The notes under the pieces were generated by a model. The model was not told the origin of the DNA, did not search any database, and saw only the letters and a program-made list of their open reading frames with translations. DNA of 35,224 nucleotides from a virus. Its lineage: Duplodnaviria; Caudoviricetes. A program made the position numbers and the translations under genes. Numbering within the stretch: position 1 is the stretch's first letter; every line of letters starts with the position of its first letter. The stretch spans positions 1 through 35,224 of the IMG/VR virus record IMGVR_UViG_3300016666_000320, one strand, 5' to 3'. Of the stretch, positions 15,544 through 24,995 are shown one piece after another.

Positions 15544-17384
15544 TACGGGTTACTCCCTGACAGCGAGCGGTAGCCCACCCGTGGCGTGATGGATAGTCCT
15601 GGCTGATTACTGGTACCAGGATCAACCCGTAGACCTTGTGGTGCATTCTCGAAGCGCACCAGTAAGCCGCCCTCCAGCTGCGTCTTGGCGTTGGCAGAGG
15701 CTTGCGCAAGCAATGACTGGCCGGGCGCCTGACCAACAGAAGACACCAGCGGGCTCGGGGCCATCGCAGAACCACCCGAATTAACCAGGCGCCCACCCGA
15801 CCCCGAGCCACTCCCGCCAGTCGAGACAACCCCCAGCTTTCCGCCGACCCACTCACCCATCTGCATAAGCGGCTCAAGGTAAGGCTTGATCCGCTCATAC
15901 ATGCCTTTGAACCACGCCACAATCGGCTCCCAATTGGCAATAATCATTGCCAAGGGGGTGTAGGAGAAAACGCCCTTGAACATCTCCCACAAGCTGGTCA
16001 GCGGCCCACCAATCCGCGCCCAAATAGCTTCAAAGTACGGCGCAACGGTCGACCAGTTGGCAATCATCAGGCCGGCGGCCAACGCAATCGCTCGCACGAG
16101 CATACCCACCGGGCTCATACCTACTACCGCACTAAACAATTTGGTGGCCACCGTCGCCGCCATGACCGCCAGGCGCAGCACGCTGAACCCGATAGCCGCC
16201 CCTAACAAGCCTTTTACCAACCAAGGGTTGGCCCCGGCCAGTTCGCCCACCATGCTGATCATCGGCCCAATCGTTGCGATAGCCTCGTTGAGAGGTGGCA
16301 AGAAGATGTTACCAACCGTGATACCTGCACTGGTCAGGCGGTTAGTCAGCAATTGAATAGCGTTGGCCGTGGTCGCCGACCGGGACGTGTACTCAGCCTG
16401 CATCGATCCGGTGTATTGCGCTTCGTCTCCGGCGTTCCTGAAATTCCGCTTCAACAGATCCAAGTTGGTCAGCATCGGTGCAATGGCACCCACCGACTCG
16501 GTACCGAAAAGCTGCGTCAGAAGCCCAGCCTGCTTCGTTTTGTCTACCTTGGATATGCGATCCAGCACATCCAACATCGTGCCCTGTGCGTCCTTCTGCA
16601 TGCCCTCGGCCAGCTTCTTGGTGTCAATCCGAAGCGCCTTGAATGACTGCATCTGCGACTTGGTGGCCGACGACCCCTTGGTCAGGGCCAGCATGAAGTT
16701 TTTCATGCCCGTCGCAGCCACCTCGCTTGGCACCCCCACCCCCGCCAACGTCGCACCCATTGCCGCAATCTGGCCAGAAGCCAAACCGGCAATTTCCCCC
16801 AGGGGGCCGATGCGCGTCACGATGTCTGAAATTTGCTGCGCGCTGGCCGGGCCGGTGTTGCTCAAGTAGTTGATCTTGTCGGCTAACGCGACCACTTCCG
16901 GCTGCGTCAACTTAAACGAGGTCCGCCACTTGGCCATCATCTCGCCCGACTGATCGGCAGTCTGGTCGAAGGCAATACCCATCTTTACCGCGTCTTGTGC
17001 AAACGCCTGCAACTCAGCCCGTGGGATAGATGCCTGACCACCCGCCGCGACAATCTTGGCGATACCTTCAGCGCTCATCGGCAGCGCCTCAGACAGGTTG
17101 AGCACGTCCTCGCTCATCTGCTTGAACTGCTCCGGCGTGTCGAAGTTAACCACCTTCTTCACGTCGGCCATGGCCGATTCAAACTTGATGGCCTCATTCA
17201 CCCCAGCGATGAAAGGGGCCGCAAACGCCCCACCCTTCGCAATGTCAGCAAAGCCAATATTTCCCAGGCCGGAACTGTCCAGGTGCTTGCGAAACCCGGC
17301 GACTCGCCGGCGAATGCCAGCCAGCGCAGGCGATAGCCTATCGACGCCGGTAATCAGCGCCTTAAGCTGGAATCTCTCTGCCAT
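15543..17384 (-). CDS. Tail tape measure protein
   Basis: FESAMADVKKVV motif, helical Ala-rich with Trp repeats; start reassigned to MAERFQ at 17384. Confidence 0.92.
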   Translation of the reverse strand: MAERFQLKALITGVDRLSPALAGIRRRVAGFRKHLDSSGLGNIGFADIAKGGAFAAPFIAGVNEAIKFESAMADVKKVVNFDTPEQFKQMSEDVLNLSEALPMSAEGIAKIVAAGGQASIPRAELQAFAQDAVKMGIAFDQTADQSGEMMAKWRTSFKLTQPEVVALADKINYLSNTGPASAQQISDIVTRIGPLGEIAGLASGQIAAMGATLAGVGVPSEVAATGMKNFMLALTKGSSATKSQMQSFKALRIDTKKLAEGMQKDAQGTMLDVLDRISKVDKTKQAGLLTQLFGTESVGAIAPMLTNLDLLKRNFRNAGDEAQYTGSMQAEYTSRSATTANAIQLLTNRLTSAGITVGNIFLPPLNEAIATIGPMISMVGELAGANPWLVKGLLGAAIGFSVLRLAVMAATVATKLFSAVVGMSPVGMLVRAIALAAGLMIANWSTVAPYFEAIWARIGGPLTSLWEMFKGVFSYTPLAMIIANWEPIVAWFKGMYERIKPYLEPLMQMGEWVGGKLGVVSTGGSGSGSGGRLVNSGGSAMAPSPLVSSVGQAPGQSLLAQASANAKTQLEGGLLVRFENAPQGLRVDPGTSNQPGLSITPRVGYRSLSGSNP

Positions 17385-17394
17385 GTCTACCCCG

Positions 17395-17593
17395 TCAGCC
17401 GGCGTCGCTGATCCGCTGTGCGTGCTGCAAAGTCTCCTGCAGCACATCAAGCGGGCGATTCATCATATTTTCAGGATCGACCTTCCAGAACCAGGCAAGG
17501 TCGTACACCAGCCCAACAAGCTGCGTTAGCTGAGCACTGTCTCCGGCGCCGTTTCCGGCTTCTTCGCCGCCGAAGCCGGCGTCAAGAAAAAAC
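17395..17593 (-). CDS. -1 frameshift extension of the tail assembly chaperone (GT/E'-like)
   Basis: Slippery T TTT TTC at ~17586-17592 leads into a frame encoding DLAWFWKVDP... Confidence 0.65.
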
Positions 17594-17846
17594 CGGTAAT
17601 CGCCCACGCCAGAGTGTTCAGGTCAGCCAGATCCAGCTGGTTGACCGAGGTCGCTGGTATAGCGCCACAGACCGCGATGTACTTGGCCGCCGCATCCAGA
17701 TTCAGCGAAACCTCTTCATCCTTTCCGAAGGAGTAAGGAAGCGTCTTAATGGCTCGACACTCGGCAACGGTCGGACGACGCAGCGTGATACTAGTGACTT
17801 CATCACCGTGCGCCTGAATCGGCGTACTCAGTTTGTGCTCACTCAT
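17526..17846 (-). CDS. Tail assembly chaperone (Mu gp41/P2 E-like)
   Basis: ITLRRPT...LDLADL...GFF motifs; between tube and tape measure. Confidence 0.85.
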   Translation of the reverse strand: MSEHKLSTPIQAHGDEVTSITLRRPTVAECRAIKTLPYSFGKDEEVSLNLDAAAKYIAVCGAIPATSVNQLDLADLNTLAWAITGFFLTPASAAKKPETAPETVLS

Positions 17847-18190
17847 TGCCATGCTCCTTTGGTGCCGTTCCATTCAAATTCAATCGTGCCGTCATCGCCC
17901 TTGGCGGACGGCTCACCAACCACGTATGCATCCGAAAGGACATAAACCCGGCCATTGGCCAACTCGGCGGTGATCGTCGAGTTCGTCGCCGCCATAATTT
18001 TCTTGATCGGCAAATCAGGGTCATCAACAGCGGTCAATTTCACATAGGGCGGCAAGTCTTCTTCTTTGAAGAATCCCGGGGCCACAGTTTCGCGCTTCTT
18101 GTCACTCAGCGGACATTCAACGCCTCCGGTGACGGTCAACTGCACGCCGTCTACCTTGACGTAGACGGTGCCAGCTACTTTCTTACCCAT
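17843..18190 (-). CDS. Tail tube protein (Mu gpM-like)
   Basis: VAGTVYVKVDG and ELANGRVY motifs; follows the sheath. Confidence 0.88.
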   Translation of the reverse strand: MGKKVAGTVYVKVDGVQLTVTGGVECPLSDKKRETVAPGFFKEEDLPPYVKLTAVDDPDLPIKKIMAATNSTITAELANGRVYVLSDAYVVGEPSAKGDDGTIEFEWNGTKGAWQ

Positions 18191-18203
18191 TGCGCTCTCC
18201 CAC

Positions 18204-18227
18204 AAAAAAGCCCGCACTTGGCGGGCT
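18204..18227 (-). terminator. Internal terminator between sheath and tube
   Basis: AGCCCGC...GCGGGCT stem plus T tract. Confidence 0.6.
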
Positions 18228-18243
18228 ATGGACGTTTGTTAAA

Positions 18244-19728
18244 TCAGACTGCGTACTGCAGTCGGAATTGATACTGCAGCGCGAAAACCCGCAACTGATT
18301 CACAAGGTCAGGCGGGAACAGCACGTTCAACCGATTCGGGTTGGTGGCAGAACGCTCGACCACCAGGTACGTGTCGAAGGCCTCGGCATTTTCGACAATG
18401 CCCAGGCGCTCCAGCGCGTAATACGCGGCGCTCAGTTCACCGCGGATCACGTTCGGCGTCACGATGGCCTGCCCTGCACCAAAGCGCGTGCCGTCATTGG
18501 CCAGCTTGTGACGGCCGTATTTGCTGGTCACGACCGACTTTAGGTAGCTGATCACATACGCAGACTGGTGCAACGTCTCGCTGTCCAGGTAGGAATCATC
18601 GGGCTGATCAAACGCATTACGCTGATAGCTGGTGATCCCGCGCTCGATGCGCTGCGCGCCACCACCGTAGAACGCCGTTGCAACACCGTGGGTCAGCAGT
18701 GATTGGCGCTCCGTCAGAGTGAAACGCTCACCGGCCGGGGCCGGTGTAATCCCGGTCATCTCGCCAGTCTGGGTCGGTCGGGCCGGATCAGCGGAAATAA
18801 ACACCGCCGTCCGGGCCGCGTAGGCCGCTGCCACACGCCAAAACGGATCAGGGCAGCCAACCTCAAAGCCATGAATGGTGGCGTGCTGATCGTTACGCGT
18901 AACGCCGAAAGCTACCAGTTGCCCAAGCGTCCCGCGCTTAGCGGTGTACAGATGGCCATACAGTTGCTTGGCCCAGCTCCAGCGCCCGGTGGAGTCGTCC
19001 ATGAACGATTTCCAGGCATCGAGGGACGTGGCATCAGTCCACGGCGCACAGATGAACTCAAAGGGCTCATCGCCCAGCGTCGCCAGGGCCTCAGCCACGT
19101 CCGGGGAGCCGTCACCCTGCGCCATAGCTGCCAGCGTCACGGTCAAGCCCGCCGGTGTAGCCTCGCCGTTGTTGCGCCCGAGGCGGTTGAGCTGCAGCGC
19201 AATATCATTACCGCTCTCGCCTGACCACTTGCACGTCAGCGTCACGACACCCAATGCATTGGTCGCCACAACCGGAAGGCCGGCCGCGTTAACAGCCGCT
19301 ACCACCGCTGCAGCGACCTCAGTGGGTGTCGCCCCCTTGACCACCACGGCGCGAACCCGGGCACCTGCCACATACAGATTCAGTACGCCCGCTTCGGTGG
19401 CTGCGCCGGCGATGGTAACAGTGCCCTTGGCTTTGGCGCCGTCACCCTTTACCGGCAGACACCAGACTTCTCCTGCAGGATCGATACGGCGCCATGTGTC
19501 GTACATCTGCGCAAGCATCGAGCCCGAACCGCCAATGTTAACCGCCAGGCTGACGCTAGACACCAACGTCAGCTTGCCCACTTCATCAGCGCTTGAATCA
19601 TCATTGACCTGAGCCACGATCAGACGCGGCATGCTCGACGTGGCGCTGTTCGCTTGGCTGTTATCAACCTCGGCATAAAACAGCGGCACCCGAATATCAC
19701 TGGGGATGTTGTTAAAGCTCACGCTCAT
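18244..19728 (-). CDS. Tail sheath protein (Mu gpL-like)
   Basis: IRVPLFYAEVDNS, KYGRHKLANDG and PPDLVNQLRVFA motifs. Confidence 0.95.
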   Translation of the reverse strand: MSVSFNNIPSDIRVPLFYAEVDNSQANSATSSMPRLIVAQVNDDSSADEVGKLTLVSSVSLAVNIGGSGSMLAQMYDTWRRIDPAGEVWCLPVKGDGAKAKGTVTIAGAATEAGVLNLYVAGARVRAVVVKGATPTEVAAAVVAAVNAAGLPVVATNALGVVTLTCKWSGESGNDIALQLNRLGRNNGEATPAGLTVTLAAMAQGDGSPDVAEALATLGDEPFEFICAPWTDATSLDAWKSFMDDSTGRWSWAKQLYGHLYTAKRGTLGQLVAFGVTRNDQHATIHGFEVGCPDPFWRVAAAYAARTAVFISADPARPTQTGEMTGITPAPAGERFTLTERQSLLTHGVATAFYGGGAQRIERGITSYQRNAFDQPDDSYLDSETLHQSAYVISYLKSVVTSKYGRHKLANDGTRFGAGQAIVTPNVIRGELSAAYYALERLGIVENAEAFDTYLVVERSATNPNRLNVLFPPDLVNQLRVFALQYQFRLQYAV

Positions 19729-19943
19729 CAGGTCTTACTCCCCTTAACGGCCTTGGGTGCGACCAGTTCCGGCGCCGATGCTTCTTCCGGCGCTTCGGTC
19801 TTGATCACGTCTTCATCCTTCAACCGACGCTGCCAGTAGGCATTGTTCGGCACTAACCCGCCTTCCTTGTGCAACAACTGGTAGCCCTTCTCCGGGTCAG
19901 GAGCGGCCCGGCCCTCGGCAGGTTTCACATAGATTCGCGTCAC
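19728..19943 (-). CDS. DUF2635-like small tail-region protein
   Basis: VKPAEGRAAPDP...YWQRRL motif directly before the sheath. Confidence 0.8.
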   Translation of the reverse strand: MTRIYVKPAEGRAAPDPEKGYQLLHKEGGLVPNNAYWQRRLKDEDVIKTEAPEEASAPELVAPKAVKGSKT

Positions 19944-20542
19944 TGGGGTAAATCCTCGCGCGTTTGAAATTCGATACGACCGTCAGGGCGGCCGGGCTTG
20001 GAAAGGTTTTTATCGTTCAGGGGGTCGATAAAGTCGTAATCGATGTTCAGCCCCTCCAGCGGCGGCAAGCCATCCGCTTCGCGTTCCTGCCAAGTCTCAG
20101 CAGGATCAGTAGCGCGGTTACGGCCCAACTGAAAAGCCGTCACAAACGAGAACCGGTAAACCGCCTTGTCGCGGCTGTTGAGCAGCATTTCCCGGCCGGT
20201 GTACTCAATCGGATCGTAGTCATGATCAGGCGAGTACCCCACCAGAGCGCGGCACAACTCTTTGCGCACGGCGTCCACCAGATCCCCCACCGCCAACCCG
20301 CGCTCGTCGCCAGAGCGCTGCGGGAACACCACACACACGTCAAATTCTTCACTGACGTCCTGCACAACTTTGTTTTGCGCGTCGGAAGGGTCGGCATGCT
20401 CGTCGGTCAAAACCAGATAAGCCGACAGGGCTTTCAGGTTTGAACTGCGCTCAATGCTTTCCCAATCAATCCCGCCGGAAACGGCATTGGCGAAACTGGG
20501 GCAGTGCGCTCGCAAGTGCATGACCAGGGGCGTTACTTGCAT
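19940..20542 (-). CDS. Tail terminator/completion protein
   Basis: LRAHCPSF...VRKELCRALVGY motif; synteny. Confidence 0.75.
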   Translation of the reverse strand: MQVTPLVMHLRAHCPSFANAVSGGIDWESIERSSNLKALSAYLVLTDEHADPSDAQNKVVQDVSEEFDVCVVFPQRSGDERGLAVGDLVDAVRKELCRALVGYSPDHDYDPIEYTGREMLLNSRDKAVYRFSFVTAFQLGRNRATDPAETWQEREADGLPPLEGLNIDYDFIDPLNDKNLSKPGRPDGRIEFQTREDLPQ

Positions 20543-20556
20543 AAAATCACCCGCAA

Positions 20557-20584
20557 CAAAAAACCCGCACGGGGCGGGCTTTTA
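20557..20584 (-). terminator. Internal (bidirectional-like) terminator between head and tail genes
   Basis: CCCGC stem flanked by A and T tracts. Confidence 0.65.
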
Positions 20585-21058
20585 TTAATTAAGACTGCTG
20601 GCAAAAGCACTCTGCAAGATGGCGACAATCCGGTCATTGCTCTTCTGCAGCGCGTCTTCCATAAAGTTTTTACGCGGTGCGATCCGCCAGCCGCGCCCGC
20701 GATCCTCTTGCCGGCGATGGCCTCGCGTGCGCGTGGCTCCGTTCCTGACGCCATAGTGCAAGTAAGCCGGGTAGTACGCTTTCATGCCGGCAGTCTTGTC
20801 CGGCATGATCCGCACCATAAACCCCGACTTACTGACTCTAGGTTTAATCGACTTGGTAAGTTGGCCGGTTCGCTGCGCGGGATAACCATCCTCGGAGGTA
20901 CGCGACTTGGCCTTGCCCGTGAGCTTGCGACCCTCCTTTTGCACCAACCGCCCGACCTTGTTGAAACCCTTGCGGATTTCTCGCTTGTCGAAGTCCAGCC
21001 GCGAAAACGAGTCAGCCCCTTCAAAGTGCAAGTAGGCCGATAGACGTGGTTCTGTCAT
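20585..21058 (-). CDS. HK97 gp10-like neck protein
   Basis: RTGQLTKSI, YLHYG and IAPRKNFM motifs. Confidence 0.8.
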   Translation of the reverse strand: MTEPRLSAYLHFEGADSFSRLDFDKREIRKGFNKVGRLVQKEGRKLTGKAKSRTSEDGYPAQRTGQLTKSIKPRVSKSGFMVRIMPDKTAGMKAYYPAYLHYGVRNGATRTRGHRRQEDRGRGWRIAPRKNFMEDALQKSNDRIVAILQSAFASSLN

Positions 21059-21393
21059 AACTCTTCTACCTCCAGCACGGTAAAGCGACGCTTGCCGTTG
21101 AGGTGCGAGCTACGCCGAACCCGGTAAACCGTGGCGCTCTCGCCTTCCCCCACCACCACCTCCCAATCTCGGGTGATGCCGTTACGGTAACGAATGGTGA
21201 TTCGATGGGTCAGGATGTTGTCAGCCTGGACACTGCCCGAATACAGCGCGCTGCCTACGGGTTCGAGCTTGGCCCACGTCTGTTTCTGGACGGGGAAACT
21301 CGACTCCAGATCAGCATTGGCCATGTTCGGCTGGTCGTCGCGATGCCGCAGCGTGACCCGTGTGTCTAGTTCGCCAATAGCTGGTTCATTCAT
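21055..21393 (-). CDS. Head closure protein (SPP1 gp16-like)
   Basis: IGELDTRVT, TWAKLEP and THRITIRYR motifs. Confidence 0.85.
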   Translation of the reverse strand: MNEPAIGELDTRVTLRHRDDQPNMANADLESSFPVQKQTWAKLEPVGSALYSGSVQADNILTHRITIRYRNGITRDWEVVVGEGESATVYRVRRSSHLNGKRRFTVLEVEEL

Positions 21394-21713
21394 AGCGTGA
21401 ACCAACGGTAAGGCCCCAACAGTGCATCCACTGCCAACGGCAAGGCCTTCATCCCAGCCGCATCACTGACGGCCTCTCGATGTTCGTACCAGTGCGCCAC
21501 CAACAACAGCATGGCCAAACGCACGTCGTCATCCAGCACCAGGGCATTTTCGGCAGCACCTTCAGGCAACTCGGTCGCCTCAATAAACAGACGCCCGGTT
21601 TTGTTCTGAGCCAGCTTCCAGGCAGCATGCCCGTAGGCCTGCAGCAAGGTGTCTTCGCCGGCATGGTCGTCATCAAGGCGCAAATGCACCTTGATCAAGG
21701 AAAGATCCAGCAT
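21390..21713 (-). CDS. Head-tail connector (HK97 gp6-like)
   Basis: IKVHLRLD, LLLVAHWYEHRE and LLGPYR motifs. Confidence 0.88.
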   Translation of the reverse strand: MLDLSLIKVHLRLDDDHAGEDTLLQAYGHAAWKLAQNKTGRLFIEATELPEGAAENALVLDDDVRLAMLLLVAHWYEHREAVSDAAGMKALPLAVDALLGPYRWFTL

Positions 21714-21750
21714 CAGCGCACAGGGGCCGCTTGCGCGACCCCGCTCCATG

Positions 21751-22986
21751 TTAGGCCGCCGGCTTGCCTTGCAGCGCCTTGATCGCGGCGGTGTCTTGCA
21801 GCACCACGCCAAAACGTAGGAAGGCCAGGAAGCCCACTTGGCCATACTCGGCGTAACGCTCGACCAGGCGTTTCAGGGTCATGCCCTTGACCGCGCGCAG
21901 AATCATCTCGTTGAAGTCGCCGGCATACATAAACTTCTTGTTGGCCGCAACGTCCGCAATCGCCTGATCAATGACGTATTGCTGTTTCAGGATGGTCGGC
22001 GGACGCGCCGAGTCGATACCAGGCAGCCACAGCGGGCGGCCCGTGGTGTCGACCATTTCTTCCAGGGCTTGCGACGTCTTGTCGTTGAACGCCAGGCGAA
22101 AACCCGGGGCTGCGCGATAAGCCGGGTCGACAGAGTGAATCAGGCTGTTGACTTCCTGCCAGGTGAACTTGGTGGCATTGGCCGTGCTGGCACCCACCGA
22201 CACCGAAGCTTCCAGGCCTTTCGGTTGGGCCGGGGTGTCGGCGGTCGCCGCTGCGCCCGTACCCTGTACCAGAAGGCGGTTGCGGGTGCGGCTGGTACGT
22301 TTGCCGATACGGCCAGACAAGTAGCCTTCCATGTCGATGCCGGAATCCTGCAACAGCTGCTCTGATACACGAATGATTTTCGAGCTGATGGTGTAGGAAC
22401 CCAGCTCGCCCATACCGAACGACGTGTCTTTCTCGCCAGTGGCCATGCCTTCGCCGACCAGCTCGCCTTCCTCGTCGTCGCCGTTGCCCACAGCCCAACT
22501 GATCGGCGCACCGTTGTCAGTGGTCAGCAACTGGCAGACCGACGCAAGGCCGCCGTAGCTGTTCAGCGACTCAATCACGCGCGCTTGCAGCGTGGTCGGC
22601 ACGGTGTAGCCGCCGGCCTCGTTCGCACCTACGCTCTGCGCGCGCATCTGCAGAACCAGCGAGCGCTGTTCCGGGTTGAGCTGGTCGAAGCCGCGACGTA
22701 AGAACGCGTCGAAGGCCGAACGCTGCTCGGCGTCCGGGCCTTGCAGGTCGCCGAGCGGGGCTTGTGGATTATCGTTACGCGCTCGGGCCTCGACAAAGGC
22801 CTGATCGTTGTCGCGCAATTCCTCTTCGCGCTCGATCTTCTCTTTGATGCCGGCCAGCTCGGTGCGCATGGTTTCCCACTTACTGCGCGTCTCGCTGGTC
22901 CAAGCGTCATCCTTGGTGCCTTCGTGCAGGCTGCGCATTTCCGCCGACTTGGTGGTGTACAGCGCTTTCAGTTCTTTCAGAGTCAT
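21751..22986 (-). CDS. Major capsid protein, HK97 fold with delta domain
   Basis: GGYTVP, VSEQLLQDS and ERYAEYGQVGF motifs. Confidence 0.95.
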   Translation of the reverse strand: MTLKELKALYTTKSAEMRSLHEGTKDDAWTSETRSKWETMRTELAGIKEKIEREEELRDNDQAFVEARARNDNPQAPLGDLQGPDAEQRSAFDAFLRRGFDQLNPEQRSLVLQMRAQSVGANEAGGYTVPTTLQARVIESLNSYGGLASVCQLLTTDNGAPISWAVGNGDDEEGELVGEGMATGEKDTSFGMGELGSYTISSKIIRVSEQLLQDSGIDMEGYLSGRIGKRTSRTRNRLLVQGTGAAATADTPAQPKGLEASVSVGASTANATKFTWQEVNSLIHSVDPAYRAAPGFRLAFNDKTSQALEEMVDTTGRPLWLPGIDSARPPTILKQQYVIDQAIADVAANKKFMYAGDFNEMILRAVKGMTLKRLVERYAEYGQVGFLAFLRFGVVLQDTAAIKALQGKPAA

Positions 22987-23002
22987 ACGGGTTCCCCAGG
23001 GG

Positions 23003-23620
23003 TTAAAGAGCCATCAGGTTCAGCAGGCGTTCACGGGCGTCACGGTCAAATTCGCCGCGCGCTTCAATGCCTTCGGTTTGCGCCTGCTTCCAGGCGTCCA
23101 GCGAGCGCTGTGCAGCGCTTGAATCGGGGTAGGCCGGAAAAGACACCGGCCCGACGTCGCGCAGCTCGGCGACCTTGTAGATGGTGCGAATGACCACGCC
23201 GTCTTCTTCGTGCCAGGTATCGCCACCCGGGGCGACGCGCATGGCGAAGCTGCTGCCGGACATATCGCCACGGGCAATCGGCGCGACCACCAGGTCACGA
23301 ATGGTCAGGGTGTCCGGCGTGTCGATTTCGTAGGCCAGGCCGCGCGCGTCGACGCTCAGGCGCAGCGTGCCGCTGGTGGTGCGCCCCAACAGATAGTTGG
23401 GGTCGTGGTTGAACAGGCCGCGTGTGTCCTGCGTCAGCACCTCATCAAACGCGCCCGGGGCGATCAGCTCGACAAAGAACCCGCCCAACAAGTCGCTGCG
23501 CGTATTGAACACCGCCGCATAACCGACGATCTTCGGTGCGCCGGCCTGGCCATCGGGCAGCTGGACAGCGCGAAGCTCGCACTGCTGCGCAGGCAGCATG
23601 CGTTTTTCAATTTCACTCAT
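23003..23620 (-). CDS. HK97-family prohead protease
   Basis: GYAAVFN, LFNHD, GSSFA and VSFPAYP motifs. Confidence 0.93.
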   Translation of the reverse strand: MSEIEKRMLPAQQCELRAVQLPDGQAGAPKIVGYAAVFNTRSDLLGGFFVELIAPGAFDEVLTQDTRGLFNHDPNYLLGRTTSGTLRLSVDARGLAYEIDTPDTLTIRDLVVAPIARGDMSGSSFAMRVAPGGDTWHEEDGVVIRTIYKVAELRDVGPVSFPAYPDSSAAQRSLDAWKQAQTEGIEARGEFDRDARERLLNLMAL

Positions 23621-23624
23621 GGGG

Positions 23625-24848
23625 TTATTCCTGTTTCGTGACGGGTAACGGCAAGCCATCTGCACCGAGAAGACGGGCATTGACGTTGATCAGCATCGAA
23701 TCGAGGCCAACGATTGGGTTCATGTCTTCAAACACCCGCACTTCGTTGCGCGTCATCCAGCCATCGAGAATCGCGCGGCTGTAAAACTCGGCGCGCTCGG
23801 TCGGCGTGCCGCGCAACAAACCGGCCAAATTGAACTTGACGTAGTAGCCCGCCAGGCGCTCGGCGCGGGTGAACACCTTGCGGTTAATCTCCTGCTCCCA
23901 GTTCACAATCCACGGCATGATTGAGTGCCGTACAAACTGAATGGCCTGCTCGCTGATGTTGGAAAAAGTGGCCTTTTCCAGGTCGTTGATCATGTGGGCC
24001 GGAACATTGAACATGCCCGCGATTTCGCTCCGGGTCAGCTTGCGCGTCTCCAGAAACTGGGCATCCTCGGGGGCAATGGTCAGCGCCTTGTAATCCAGAT
24101 CCGCCGGCAGCAAGAGCGTCTTGTTTTCCGACTGGCGCAACTTGCTGGCCGCGTTGGCCCAAGCCTTTTTCAGACGCTCCCAACCGTCCTCTTTAACGTT
24201 GCCGCTCTTGAGGGTGATGATCCCGGTCGGCCGGCCGCCACCTTCGAAAAACTCTTTGCCATAACGCACGGCGGCCAGGCCCAGGCCGATGGTTTCGGCA
24301 TTCTGTCGAATCGGGCTGATGCCCTCCTTACCGTTCGACCCAATGGCCCGAACATGGATCATGTCTTCGGGCGCTACCGCCAGCGGCTTGCTGTCGTCAT
24401 CCTGGGTCGCGTAGATCCAGCGACCGGCGTTTTTGACCAGTTGCGTGCATCGCGGCTGACACAACTCAATGCCTTGCAACTCGCCGCGCCGACCGCGCAC
24501 CAGGCGGCTGTAACCGTTGCCCCAGCCCAGCGTGTGCGCCTGCTTAGTCTCGCGCCACTTGTACGACGTTTGCCACTGATTCGGCTCGTCGTGCAGCAGG
24601 TAGTGCGCCGGGTGATCGGTGCCGGGAATGATCTTGCCGTCGACCTTGCGCAGCACGTTGATCGGCAACTGGGCCAAGGTGCTGGACAAGACATAGATGC
24701 AGGCATAGACCGCCGTTAGCTTCTGCGCCGTCTCGGGGCTGACGTGTATGCCATTGCCCCCGCTCAGCAACTCGCCCAGCTCCTGACTACTCAGCGACAC
24801 TGCTGGGTTTTCCATGCTTCGCCGTTCGTGACGGCCGGAAAAGATCAC
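23625..24848 (-). CDS. Portal protein, HK97 family
   Basis: AVYACI, QFLETRK and ATFSNISEQ motifs; GTG start coupled to the upstream stop. Confidence 0.95.
   Translation of the reverse strand: MIFSGRHERRSMENPAVSLSSQELGELLSGGNGIHVSPETAQKLTAVYACIYVLSSTLAQLPINVLRKVDGKIIPGTDHPAHYLLHDEPNQWQTSYKWRETKQAHTLGWGNGYSRLVRGRRGELQGIELCQPRCTQLVKNAGRWIYATQDDDSKPLAVAPEDMIHVRAIGSNGKEGISPIRQNAETIGLGLAAVRYGKEFFEGGGRPTGIITLKSGNVKEDGWERLKKAWANAASKLRQSENKTLLLPADLDYKALTIAPEDAQFLETRKLTRSEIAGMFNVPAHMINDLEKATFSNISEQAIQFVRHSIMPWIVNWEQEINRKVFTRAERLAGYYVKFNLAGLLRGTPTERAEFYSRAILDGWMTRNEVRVFEDMNPIVGLDSMLINVNARLLGADGLPLPVTKQE
23638..23650 (+). repeat. 13-bp motif GTGACGGGTAACG, copy 3
   Basis: Exact copy in the last codons of the portal gene. 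Confidence 0.85.
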
Positions 24849-24991
24849 GGCCGCCCCCACAGCCAGGCGCCTGCCATCAGCAACACGCCGCTGGCAACCA
24901 GTGCCACACCGGGGCCGAACTGGACATACAGCCCAGCCACCAACAGGCAATAGCCTGCCGCCCCGAGTAAATCGGGAAGGTATTTTTTCAT
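24845..24991 (-). CDS. Small two-TM membrane protein between terL and portal (48 aa), not in the ORF track
   Basis: MKKYLPDLLGAAGYCLLVAGLYVQFGPGVALVASGVLLMAGAWLWGRP*; position typical of SfV/e14-type heads. Confidence 0.7.
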   Translation of the reverse strand: MKKYLPDLLGAAGYCLLVAGLYVQFGPGVALVASGVLLMAGAWLWGRP

Positions 24992-24995
24992 AGGG

